64,000 nt of DNA from Candidatus Babeliales bacterium (GTDB taxonomy: Bacteria > Babelota > Babeliae > Babelales > JACPOV01). The notes under the pieces are model-generated. The model was not told the origin of the DNA. It was given only the letters and a program-made list of their open reading frames with translations, and did no database searches. Where the stretch lies: assembly GCA_050250855.1 (NCBI GenBank), contig JBFWNW010000004.1:64001-128000 (forward strand), written 5' to 3'. Made by a program: the position numbers and the translations under genes. Positions within the stretch are counted from its first letter, which is position 1. Each line of letters opens with the position of its first letter. Shown one piece after another: positions 42,851 through 51,327 of this stretch.

Positions 42851-43000
42851 CCGTCCGAATGCTTCGACAAGCTCAGCACGAACGGAGTGAGGGTTGAGCG
42901 CAGCGCTTACTCCTGAGTTCGACCGAAGGGTCAGCACGAACGGCTTAATTTAAATATTTTTCCTATTCCGTTCGCCCTGAGCCTGTCGAAGGGTGCGAAC
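42851..43000. repeat. REP-like type A cluster with internal partial duplication
   Basis: Arm 42851-42885, partial reverse arm, repeated tcagcacgaacgg at 42931-42943, reverse arm 42968-43000. Confidence 0.88.
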
Positions 43001-43047
43001 ACAAAAATATTTTGCATAATAATGTAGGAAACAGAGGAGCGTTTTTT

Positions 43048-43725
43048 ATGATCAAACAAAGAATTTATTTTTACTATGTGCTGGTCAAAGGTTTACTGGT
43101 AATGGCGTTTCAGCTTATCTATGGGGTTTGGAAAGTTTCTCGTTTGCCAGCGCCCATAGTTACTATTTTTGGAGGAGCGCGCTTAAAGCAAGATGATCCT
43201 ATAGCAAGGCACGCACATGAATTGAGTCATCGTTTGGCGCGTGCAGAGATTTCAGTAATCTCTGGTGGTGGTCCTGGCATTATGCAAGCAGTCAATTGTG
43301 GCGTACGCCATGAAGAAAAACATGTTAAAGCTCGTACGCTGGGCATTACTGTTAAAGGATTATCAAAAACAGAACCGGTGAACCCTTGTGCGCAAGATTT
43401 TATTGTGACCGATCAATTTGCTGTACGTAAATGGTTGATGATTAATTTTTCTGTGGCATTTATTGTATTTCCTGGAGGCTTTGGAACAGTAGATGAATTT
43501 GCTGAAGTTATAACACTTATGCAGACCAAAAAGCTACCAGGAGTTCCGGTTATTTTGGTTGGTGCGCAATATTGGGATCTCTTAATCCGTTGGCTTAAAG
43601 AATCTGCTTTGCCAAAAGGTCTTGTTTCCCAAAAAGATCTTGATCTTATATATGTAACGGATGATCTTGAGGATATAGTGTGTAAGGTAAAGGAGCAGTG
43701 TGCGTTATGTACACCATGCGCATAA
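43048..43725 (+). CDS. LOG-family nucleotide phosphoribohydrolase (TIGR00730), copy 1
   Basis: VTIFGGAR, SGGGPGIMQA, RK, PGGFGTVDE; ATG at 43048 after GAGGAG. Confidence 0.92.
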   Translation: MIKQRIYFYYVLVKGLLVMAFQLIYGVWKVSRLPAPIVTIFGGARLKQDDPIARHAHELSHRLARAEISVISGGGPGIMQAVNCGVRHEEKHVKARTLGITVKGLSKTEPVNPCAQDFIVTDQFAVRKWLMINFSVAFIVFPGGFGTVDEFAEVITLMQTKKLPGVPVILVGAQYWDLLIRWLKESALPKGLVSQKDLDLIYVTDDLEDIVCKVKEQCALCTPCA

Positions 43726-43735
43726 AGGAGATTTT

Positions 43736-44377
43736 ATGAAACATTCTTTTTTTAAAGATGCACTTTCATACGTGATGCATTATCCCTATTACGTATATGG
43801 TTTGTGGCAGATAAAATCTTTGCAAAAACCGCTGGTAACACTTTTTGGTGGCAAGCGGGCGCAAGACGATGCTGTTTATTGCAAGCAAGCAGCAGCAGTT
43901 GCACAAGCACTCGCTGAAAAATCTATTTCTGTGTTAACCGGTGGTGGTCCAGGGATTATGCAAGCAGCATTGTGTGGGGCTCTTAAAGCTGAAAAAAAAC
44001 ATAGTGCTCTTGGCATAGGAGTATATAACGTTGATGAATATTTTGAGCCGATCTGTTCTTATAAAACAATTTATATGCCAAATTTTGCTATGCGAAAAGC
44101 ATTATTGATTGACTATTCTCAAGGCTTTGTTTGTTTTCCTGGTGGCATAGGAACAGTAGATGAACTATTTGAAGTACTCAATTTAATAAAAACAAAAAAT
44201 CTTGCAAAAGTTCCCGTTATTTTATTTGGTAAAGATTACTGGGTTAATATTATTGGTTGGATGAACCATGCTTTTCAAGAAGGTTTTATTGGCTCAGAGC
44301 ACAGAGATATTTTGATGATAACTGATGATATTGATCATGTAGTTTCATTGCTTGTATCGCATGCCAAGAAGCTTTAA
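43736..44377 (+). CDS. LOG-family nucleotide phosphoribohydrolase (TIGR00730), copy 2
   Basis: VTLFGG, TGGGPGIMQA, RK, PGGIGTVDE; ATG at 43736 after AAGGAG. Confidence 0.92.
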   Translation: MKHSFFKDALSYVMHYPYYVYGLWQIKSLQKPLVTLFGGKRAQDDAVYCKQAAAVAQALAEKSISVLTGGGPGIMQAALCGALKAEKKHSALGIGVYNVDEYFEPICSYKTIYMPNFAMRKALLIDYSQGFVCFPGGIGTVDELFEVLNLIKTKNLAKVPVILFGKDYWVNIIGWMNHAFQEGFIGSEHRDILMITDDIDHVVSLLVSHAKKL

Positions 44378-45108
44378 CGCAAAATATTTAAATGAACTAA
44401 TTCATGCATTAGTTGGGCTGGTGAACGGAAAAGGATAGGATGAAAGCCTTCATAAAAGGCAGTGGTAACATTTTTTGTACTGTTATCAATAAATACGCAT
44501 TGTTCAGCTTGTAAATGACTTTGTTTTAAAAATTTTTGAAAAGAAGCCGCAGATGGTTTTTGTATCCAGTTATCATGCTGTTGAACAACAACAATACCAT
44601 TAAAATAAGAAAAGAGAACGGGGAATTTTTTTTCTAACTGTTCAAATGTTTTTTCACCAATATTAGAAAAAAGATAAACCTTATATCCATGCTCTTTTAA
44701 TTTTTTTATGCAATCAATAGTACCTTTAACCGGTTTTTGCTCATTCATCATGGCAATGGTAACGTCAATAAAAGGGACAAGTTTAGAATGTTTTTGCGAA
44801 AGTTCGATAATGAACTCTTCTGGTACACGACTTTTTTTTAATAATGCTACGATATCTTTTATGAATGATGGTTTAAAAAGTAATAGTGCTACATCAAGCC
44901 GATAAGCATGTTTGAGAATATATTTTAAAATGCCACCATATTTGCGGTTTAAAATAACTCCATGCAGATCAAAGACAAAAACGGGAGAACTATGAACTTT
45001 TTTATTATTTTTTTTGAGCATAGTAACCGGGCATGAAAAACAGTGGTGTATCGTATACAAGAGTATAAACAACGCTATTATACTTATTATTAGCAAAAAA
45101 ATATTCAT
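44374..45108 (-). CDS. HAD-superfamily hydrolase with N-terminal membrane anchor
   Basis: FDLHGV, FSN, QKP, FIDN; hydrophobic N-terminus. Confidence 0.85.
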   Translation of the reverse strand: MNIFLLIISIIALFILLYTIHHCFSCPVTMLKKNNKKVHSSPVFVFDLHGVILNRKYGGILKYILKHAYRLDVALLLFKPSFIKDIVALLKKSRVPEEFIIELSQKHSKLVPFIDVTIAMMNEQKPVKGTIDCIKKLKEHGYKVYLFSNIGEKTFEQLEKKFPVLFSYFNGIVVVQQHDNWIQKPSAASFQKFLKQSHLQAEQCVFIDNSTKNVTTAFYEGFHPILFRSPAQLMHELVHLNILR

Positions 45109-45267
45109 AAAATCCCCTTCCCAATCCCTTATAATTAGGATAAAAAAAAAGTTAAGACAAGAGGAAGCTTTTTGTTATTTTTTTAAGTTGTCCCGCTAGG
45201 ACAAAGAGGGTATACTGATTTTTGATGAAAAATCATGAACATCTTTATTCTCAAAGAAGGGTTGCAT

Positions 45268-45906
45268 ATGAATAAAAAAACTATGGTATTTTTAACAAAA
45301 GTGGCATTAAGCAATCTTGTTCTCGTGGCGCTGAGTTTTTTGAAAGTTAATACTATTATTGGTGCTCCTGCTGCCTATTTTTCTTTAGCTATTCTTGGAG
45401 GCCCTTTAGTTGGGCTTTATGCTGGCGTTTCATGCGCAGGTGTTTTGTATGCAGCTAGATTTTTAATTAAATTTTTTGCATATGGGCTTGAGTTGAGCCC
45501 TATTAATATGTACATTCCTACATTATGTGGTGCTGCGTATTGGTCTGGCAACAGATTATTTTTTAGATTGTTACTTCCTCTTCTATGTATGGTTCTTTTC
45601 TTGGTGCATCCGGTTGGCAATCAAGCCTGGGCATATTCTTTATACTGGCTTATTCCCGTAGCATTATATTGGTTTTCTCAAGAATATGTTGTGCTTCATG
45701 CGCTTGCTAATTCCTTTATTATGCATGCGGTTGGTTCTGTTATATGGTTGTATTGCGTGCCAATGAGCGCAGAGCATTTTATGGCACTTATTCCTGTTGT
45801 TTTGGTCGAGCGTATGATTATTGCCTTGAGCATGACCATTGTCATAACTGGTGTAGAAGCCCTTAAAACGTTACCGCTTGCCGTATATAAACGTTTGAAC
45901 GCGTAA
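45268..45906 (+). CDS. Integral membrane protein (possibly ECF S-component-like)
   Basis: About 210 aa, about 6 hydrophobic segments, HPVG and HAVG motifs. Confidence 0.65.
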   Translation: MNKKTMVFLTKVALSNLVLVALSFLKVNTIIGAPAAYFSLAILGGPLVGLYAGVSCAGVLYAARFLIKFFAYGLELSPINMYIPTLCGAAYWSGNRLFFRLLLPLLCMVLFLVHPVGNQAWAYSLYWLIPVALYWFSQEYVVLHALANSFIMHAVGSVIWLYCVPMSAEHFMALIPVVLVERMIIALSMTIVITGVEALKTLPLAVYKRLNA

Positions 45907-45947
45907 TTTTACGTGAAAATTAATCAATTGATTGAGAAGTATTTAAA

Positions 45948-46084
45948 TTCCGTTCGTGGTGAGGAGCAAACTTATTTTAGTTTGCGTCTCGAACCATACG
46001 GAATCCTAAAAAAGTAAAATTTTTAATTTTGAGTTCGAATGCTTCGAGACGTTTTTCTTCGAAAAACCCTCAGCACGAACGGAA
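45948..46084. repeat. REP-like inverted doublet, type B
   Basis: Same arms as 25778-25912; right arm shows paired changes gcttcga/cagcacg. Confidence 0.92.
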
Positions 46085-46136
46085 TGTAGAATTTTAAGTA
46101 TACTGAGTCGAATTTAGGTTTATTATAAAGGAATTT

Positions 46137-46823
46137 ATGAAGCATCTGGCAGTGATCATGGATGGCAATCGCCGTTGGGCAAAACAGCGCGGTTTGCGTC
46201 CGTGGCTTGGGCATCGTCAGGGAGCAGAATCAATAAAACGCATTGTTGATTTTTGCTTAAAAAAGGGAATTTCTTATCTTTCGCTGTATACGTTTTCTCT
46301 TGAAAATTTTAGGCGACCAGAATCTGAACTGAGTTTTCTTTTTGATTTAATAAAACATGAATCGCTCAAGCAGCTTGATCTGTTTTTAAAGTATGGTGTT
46401 CGTGTTCGTTTTGTCGGTGACCGTTCTTTATTTCCGGATTCTATAAAACCAACTATTGAAAAGCTTGAAACGGAAACTGGGCATTTAACAAATCTTAATC
46501 TTAATTTTTTATTTTGCTACGGCGCACGGCAAGAAATTGTTGGTGGCATAAAAAAGCTACTTTCTAAAGTTAAAGACGGTGTTTTAGCAGAGCAGGATAT
46601 TTCAGAAGAAGCTTTTTCTGAATGCCTTTGGACTGCTGGCATGCCAGAGCCTGAACTTATTATTCGCACCGGCGGTGCGGTCCGCTTGAGCAATTTTTTG
46701 CTCTTTCAAGCAGCGTATAGTGAATTTTATTTTCTTGATTGTTTGTGGCCAGAAATAGAAGAAAAACATTTGCTTGCTGCTTATCAGCAATTTGAAGATT
46801 GTAAGAGGAATTTTGGTTCATGA
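46137..46823 (+). CDS. uppS: Undecaprenyl diphosphate synthase
   Basis: HLAVIMDGNRRWA, GH, FSLENFRR, YGARQEI, IRTGG..RLSNFLL. Confidence 0.97.
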   Translation: MKHLAVIMDGNRRWAKQRGLRPWLGHRQGAESIKRIVDFCLKKGISYLSLYTFSLENFRRPESELSFLFDLIKHESLKQLDLFLKYGVRVRFVGDRSLFPDSIKPTIEKLETETGHLTNLNLNFLFCYGARQEIVGGIKKLLSKVKDGVLAEQDISEEAFSECLWTAGMPEPELIIRTGGAVRLSNFLLFQAAYSEFYFLDCLWPEIEEKHLLAAYQQFEDCKRNFGS

Positions 46824-47827
46824 AAATAGTATGTATGCTTGGTGAAGGAGCATGGGGAACTGCCATAGCAACATTGCTTGCGCATAATGGTTTTACGGTA
46901 AAATTATGGTGCCATGACGCAGGCGTTGCAAAAACAATAGAACAAAAACGTGTTAACCAACGCTATTTGCCTGGTATTACTTTGCACAAAAATATTGTAC
47001 CCGTTACTACGGTGCAGGATGCATTGCATGAAGCGGAACTTATTTTTGAAGCTATTCCCGTGCAGTATCTGCGCTCAATCGTTGAGCAATGCAAACCTTT
47101 TTGTAAACAAACTACCCCATGGATTGTTTTAAGCAAAGGGATAGAACAAAATACGTTATTATTCCCTACAGCACTTATTGATGATATTTTAGGTTATTGC
47201 CCACAAAAGGCGATTCTTGCTGGCCCTAGTTTTGCAAAAAATGTAGCAGAAAAAACAATAACGGCAGTAACGCTTGCAGTAGAGGATTGTGATTTTGGTG
47301 TTTCTTTACAAAAGCAGTTAGCAAATGAATATTTTAGGCCCTATATTTCACGTGATCTTATTGGTGTGCAATTAGGAGCAGCACTTAAAAATGTTATAGC
47401 ACTTGCTACGGGTATGCTTGATGGTGCAGGATATACTGACAATGCGCAAGCATTTATTTTAACGCGCGGTTTTCATGAAATGGTGGAAATTGCTACAGCG
47501 CTTGGCGCACGCAAAGAAACGCTTTACGGTCTTTCTGGTCTTGGTGACGTGGTGCTGACATCAATGGGAGGCTTGAGTAAAAATCGTGAAGTTGGCAAAC
47601 GGCTTGGCGCTGGCCAAACATTGCCACAGATTTTAAAGGAAACTGGTTTTATTCCAGAAGGGATAAATACCGTTGAAGCGTTGCATCAATGGCAAAAAAA
47701 ATTATCATTAGAGCTTCCGGTATTTGAAGGTATTTATGCCGTAGTGCATGGACGTGCAAGCATAGGAACTGTTTTACAAGAACTTATGGCACGCCCTTTA
47801 GAACAAGAGTGTGCCACAGATTCTTGA
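46820..47827 (+). CDS. gpsA: NAD(P)H-dependent glycerol-3-phosphate dehydrogenase
   Basis: GEGAWGTAIA, SKGIE, GPSFA, ALKNVIA, GLSGLGD, SKNR, EG. Confidence 0.96.
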   Translation: MKIVCMLGEGAWGTAIATLLAHNGFTVKLWCHDAGVAKTIEQKRVNQRYLPGITLHKNIVPVTTVQDALHEAELIFEAIPVQYLRSIVEQCKPFCKQTTPWIVLSKGIEQNTLLFPTALIDDILGYCPQKAILAGPSFAKNVAEKTITAVTLAVEDCDFGVSLQKQLANEYFRPYISRDLIGVQLGAALKNVIALATGMLDGAGYTDNAQAFILTRGFHEMVEIATALGARKETLYGLSGLGDVVLTSMGGLSKNREVGKRLGAGQTLPQILKETGFIPEGINTVEALHQWQKKLSLELPVFEGIYAVVHGRASIGTVLQELMARPLEQECATDS

Positions 47828-47830
47828 GTA

Positions 47831-49225
47831 TTATTTTAATATATTGTCATTAATACGTATGATAACTTCATTTCCGATGCGGATATCAAGGTTATCATTA
47901 TATTTTTTAAGAATTAAGGCTTTTAATTCTGCTGCAGGATTTTGAAGTTCTGGTCCATTATCAGGTGCATTTTGAACACACTGCCACATGTAAGAAATCC
48001 CTAAGCCTTTTGCTTTTTTAATCGCTATTTTATCTGAGGTTATTTTTTTAAACCATTTAAGAGCATCTTGAGGAACACGTTCTTTACGTTTTCCTCGTTC
48101 ATCATCAGAGCCAAGGCCAAGTGTATGGCTTACTTGTGATGGGAATACTTTACGTGCAAGAGAAGCGATAAATCCGCCACTATGTGCAGGAAGATCTTGG
48201 GTTGTCAAGCCATGCGGCTCCATGCGAATAAAGAATAGATTCTTTTGATTATTAACTCTACCAAATAAGATATGGTGCATACCTTTTACCGGCAATTCCA
48301 TAGCTTCAGGAACATCAATACGATAGTGGGTATATTCTGCTTTTTTGTAATACCAACCATAAAACTTGTTTTCTGTATAGTATTCATTAAGATGAGAAGA
48401 TTGTCCGGGATAAGCTTTAATTCCGTTAGAAGCCCACATGAGCTCACTATTCATATCGCCTGTATATACTTTTGCAACATAGTTTTTTAGAAAGGTATAC
48501 AAAGCTTGATCTGCTGCTTCTTCTATAATAAAGGTTCCTTCATCAAATATTTCACCTTTGGCATCATAAATATAATGGAGTATGTCTACAATAGCTTGTA
48601 GGTATTCATCATCAGATACATCTGAATTTAGCTTGAAATTGTTAGCAACGAGAGCCTTACCATTTTTAATATTTTCATCAAAATTAATAGTTTCAAAGGC
48701 TTCTATGGGTTGATCAAAAGTTGGCTGGTATTCACCGTAAGAAGAAGCTAAAGAACCAGAATTCGACATTTCTTCTTTTGATTCTTTAGGGAAAATTAAT
48801 TCTTGGCTAGTACTGGAATCTTCTTGTTGATCTTGATTTTCATTTTTGCCTTCTGCAAGAACAGGTTGCGCAACAGGAGCTGTTGGTAATTGTAGGCCTT
48901 CTTGGCTATCTTCTTTTGAAAAAACTACTTCATATTCATACTGTGGATCTTTTAAATTTTCTTCTTCTTTTTTTTCTTCCAGAGCAGGTTTATTTTGCCA
49001 CCAATAGTACCCAAGACCTAGGGTTAAAAGGCCAAAGCCGGTAGCGGCAGCAATATACCATTTATTCTGGTTTAGCTGTTCTTGTAGGTTATCAAAGCTC
49101 AAAGAACGTTTAATTCCCTGGAACAGAGAAGACATATACCCAGGTTCTTGGCAGTTTAGGGTTTGAGTTCCCGTAACGCTTACCAAAAGCAGGGCTAAAA
49201 TAGATTTTTTAACTATTGATTTCAT
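47831..49225 (-). CDS. Hypothetical membrane-anchored protein with acidic linker and globular C-terminal domain
   Basis: Signal peptide, TM (AAATGFGLLTLGLGYYWW), E/Q/S-rich linker; GGAGG RBS. Confidence 0.8.
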   Translation of the reverse strand: MKSIVKKSILALLLVSVTGTQTLNCQEPGYMSSLFQGIKRSLSFDNLQEQLNQNKWYIAAATGFGLLTLGLGYYWWQNKPALEEKKEEENLKDPQYEYEVVFSKEDSQEGLQLPTAPVAQPVLAEGKNENQDQQEDSSTSQELIFPKESKEEMSNSGSLASSYGEYQPTFDQPIEAFETINFDENIKNGKALVANNFKLNSDVSDDEYLQAIVDILHYIYDAKGEIFDEGTFIIEEAADQALYTFLKNYVAKVYTGDMNSELMWASNGIKAYPGQSSHLNEYYTENKFYGWYYKKAEYTHYRIDVPEAMELPVKGMHHILFGRVNNQKNLFFIRMEPHGLTTQDLPAHSGGFIASLARKVFPSQVSHTLGLGSDDERGKRKERVPQDALKWFKKITSDKIAIKKAKGLGISYMWQCVQNAPDNGPELQNPAAELKALILKKYNDNLDIRIGNEVIIRINDNILK

Positions 49226-49304
49226 GTAAAAACCTCCATTTAAGGTTCAAATTTTAAGTTCTATACCTAGTATAGCATAGTAATAAATAATTACAAGTAG
49301 GCAA

Positions 49305-50003
49305 CTATTGGGTTTGGAGCTGGATATTAAAGGGTTGATTGAGGTCAACCAGGGAGCCAGGGAGGGGTTTTTGGTCTATTACGGTACAGTGGATGCATTG
49401 GTGGCCCTGTTGGGCTGCAAAACGGTGAAATATGATAGGTTCAAGGCCATAAGGCTGCAGGAATGCTAATACTTCAGTAACCTTACTTTTTTTAAAATTA
49501 GGGAAAATAACGATATTGCTGCCTTTTGCTGCAAAATAGGCGGTGATGGTTTTTTGCTCAAGGAGGGAATTGGCAGCAGGGCTTTGAGCAAAACAGTGCT
49601 CTTTAGGGTAATCTGTTGCAAGGAAGATCTTTTTCAAAAATAGCCCTTTTTCTCGTACTATCTCTTCTGCGTTTTTCACTGTTTTTCCCTCAAGATTAGG
49701 AGTTTTTTCTGCATCTTTTTTATAGGAAAGCGTGCAAAATATAGTTTGGCCAGGTTTAATCTTTTGACCGGGGGAAGGAATCTGGCTCATAACCGTGCCA
49801 TCTGGCAAATCTTTATCCTCTTTTTGGCCAAGAATACGAATATTAAGGTTTGCATCAGAAAGGGCTTGGATTGCATGTTTTATGGGTTTGCCGATAAGCA
49901 GAGGGGTTTCTATGGCAGGTACGTACCAGAGGTAATAAAAAAGCAGGTAACCAGCAAGAAAAGCGCAAAAAGGAATGAGCCAAAAATGGGTATCATATTT
50001 CAT
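49305..50003 (-). CDS. PASTA-domain membrane protein
   Basis: N-terminal TM; three repeats P.L.GK...V.SQ.P.PG. Confidence 0.88.
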   Translation of the reverse strand: MKYDTHFWLIPFCAFLAGYLLFYYLWYVPAIETPLLIGKPIKHAIQALSDANLNIRILGQKEDKDLPDGTVMSQIPSPGQKIKPGQTIFCTLSYKKDAEKTPNLEGKTVKNAEEIVREKGLFLKKIFLATDYPKEHCFAQSPAANSLLEQKTITAYFAAKGSNIVIFPNFKKSKVTEVLAFLQPYGLEPIIFHRFAAQQGHQCIHCTVIDQKPLPGSLVDLNQPFNIQLQTQ

Positions 50004-50040
50004 AGGAAATTTCGGGCTGAAGTGAGATTAAATACTGAGC

Positions 50041-50396
50041 ATTCAAAGGCAAGCAATAAGCCGGATTTTGTATTCGCTTTGCAGCGACTGACAACCATCT
50101 ATCTAAGCGATCTACCCGTACGATGTGAGGAACGAAAAAACCATATCGCACTGTTTGATCTTGCTCCAGGTAGGGTTTGCCCGAACAGCTCATTACTGAA
50201 CTGCACTGTGCGCTCTTACCGCACATTTTCATCCTTACCCTGTATTTGGCAGGGCGGTTATTTTCTGTGGCACTTTCCATGGACTTACATCCCCCCCAGT
50301 TGAACCAGGTTCTCCTGAGGTACCTTTTTTCGTTAGGAGTCCGGACTTTCCTCTTATAACCAAGGTTACAAGCGATTGTCTAGCTTACCTTTGAAT
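50041..50396 (-). ncRNA. rnpB: RNase P RNA (type A-like)
   Basis: GAGGAAAGTCCGG, GGAAAGTGCCACAGAAAA, GCGGTAAGAGCGCAC, GGCAAACCC..GGAGCAAG, AAATCCGGCTTAT; P1 ttcaaaggtaagc/gcttgcctttgaa. Confidence 0.97.
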
Positions 50397-50836
50397 ATGC
50401 ATTTCAAAATTATAGCCATTACTCCTAGATTACCAAAAATTGCATAAAGAGTATAGGAGCTATAAGGATTTATGCCAAAAAAAAGAGCATTAATAATGCT
50501 GCTATAAAGAAGGTAAAGGATTAAAAAAGCGTAAGGAGCGAGCTCATTTTCAAGGTTAATAATATTTCTTAAAAATAAGAGCAGAAAAAAGGGGAGTATT
50601 GCGAGCGTTAAAAGAATGAATGCGGTATCATAAAAAATTATAGAGCGACAACAGAGTAGAAATAATGCATAAGCGATAGGTATGCTTGAACTATAGAGAG
50701 TTGCAGCCAGCGTTGCACAGAGCAGAGGTTGTATGGATGATCTACCGCTTTGTATGAGCATTATATCGCTTAAAAAAAATAATAAATATATAAGGTAAAA
50801 ATAGCTTTCTGATACTAGTTTTTTTTCTTTATTCAT
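50366..50836 (-). CDS. Small integral membrane protein (MreD-like size and hydrophobicity, uncertain)
   Basis: 156 aa, about 5 TM, AGAGG RBS; 3' end overlaps rnpB. Confidence 0.6.
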   Translation of the reverse strand: MNKEKKLVSESYFYLIYLLFFLSDIMLIQSGRSSIQPLLCATLAATLYSSSIPIAYALFLLCCRSIIFYDTAFILLTLAILPFFLLLFLRNIINLENELAPYAFLILYLLYSSIINALFFGINPYSSYTLYAIFGNLGVMAIILKCIFKGKLDNRL

Positions 50837-50955
50837 GATATCTATACCTCTTTTTTTAAATTTTATATTGACATTGAAATCTATTCAAGTAACTTGTATA
50901 GCAGTTGTAATAACATTATGTTAAGAAAATATTAACATTATCTTAAGGAGTTCTC

Positions 50956-51258
50956 ATGAAAAAAATGTTTGCACTTGTTTTTGCTGCAAGCTTGCTTGCT
51001 GCAAATGCGTCAGCTGAAGAAACTAAGTCTTGGATTAAAGTTCCTTCTTTAGTTACAGAATACTATACATCTACAAAAACTTTTGCAGGGAACCATAAAA
51101 CTGCATTGTCAGCAGCAGTGACTACAATTGTTGGTGCATATGCTACTTATAAATTTTATCAGTGGTGCCCTTGGTTCCAAGAGAAGGTAAACAATCTTTT
51201 AGGTATCGATGAAGAAGAATCTACTTTTTCATTCAGCTTGGGAAATAAATCTGAGTAA
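50956..51258 (+). CDS. Hypothetical secreted/membrane protein
   Basis: AAGGAG RBS, Ala-rich signal ANASA, own terminator. Confidence 0.75.
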   Translation: MKKMFALVFAASLLAANASAEETKSWIKVPSLVTEYYTSTKTFAGNHKTALSAAVTTIVGAYATYKFYQWCPWFQEKVNNLLGIDEEESTFSFSLGNKSE

Positions 51259-51280
51259 TTAGTACGCGGATTAAGAAGTT

Positions 51281-51310
51281 AAGGCCGCTCTATGCGGCCT
51301 TTTTTGTTTA
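51281..51310 (+). terminator. Intrinsic terminator
   Basis: AAGGCCGC-tctat-GCGGCCTT followed by a T-tract. Confidence 0.85.
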
Positions 51311-51327
51311 TACATAAAAAAGGTATT

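Noticed and set aside
42731..42937. 68-aa ORF containing VRAELVEA
   Set aside because: Reading through REP arms; no RBS or independent coding signal
45109..45267. Riboswitch upstream of the 6-TM protein
   Set aside because: Only a small hairpin (TTGTCC..GGACAA); no TPP, FMN, SAM or cobalamin consensus
49746..50359. ORFs 49746-50303, 49993-50280 and 50177-50359
   Set aside because: Overlap the RNase P RNA gene; spurious
51292..51327. ATG 51292 as PBP start
   Set aside because: Lies inside the terminator hairpin of the upstream gene; GTG 51328 fits better
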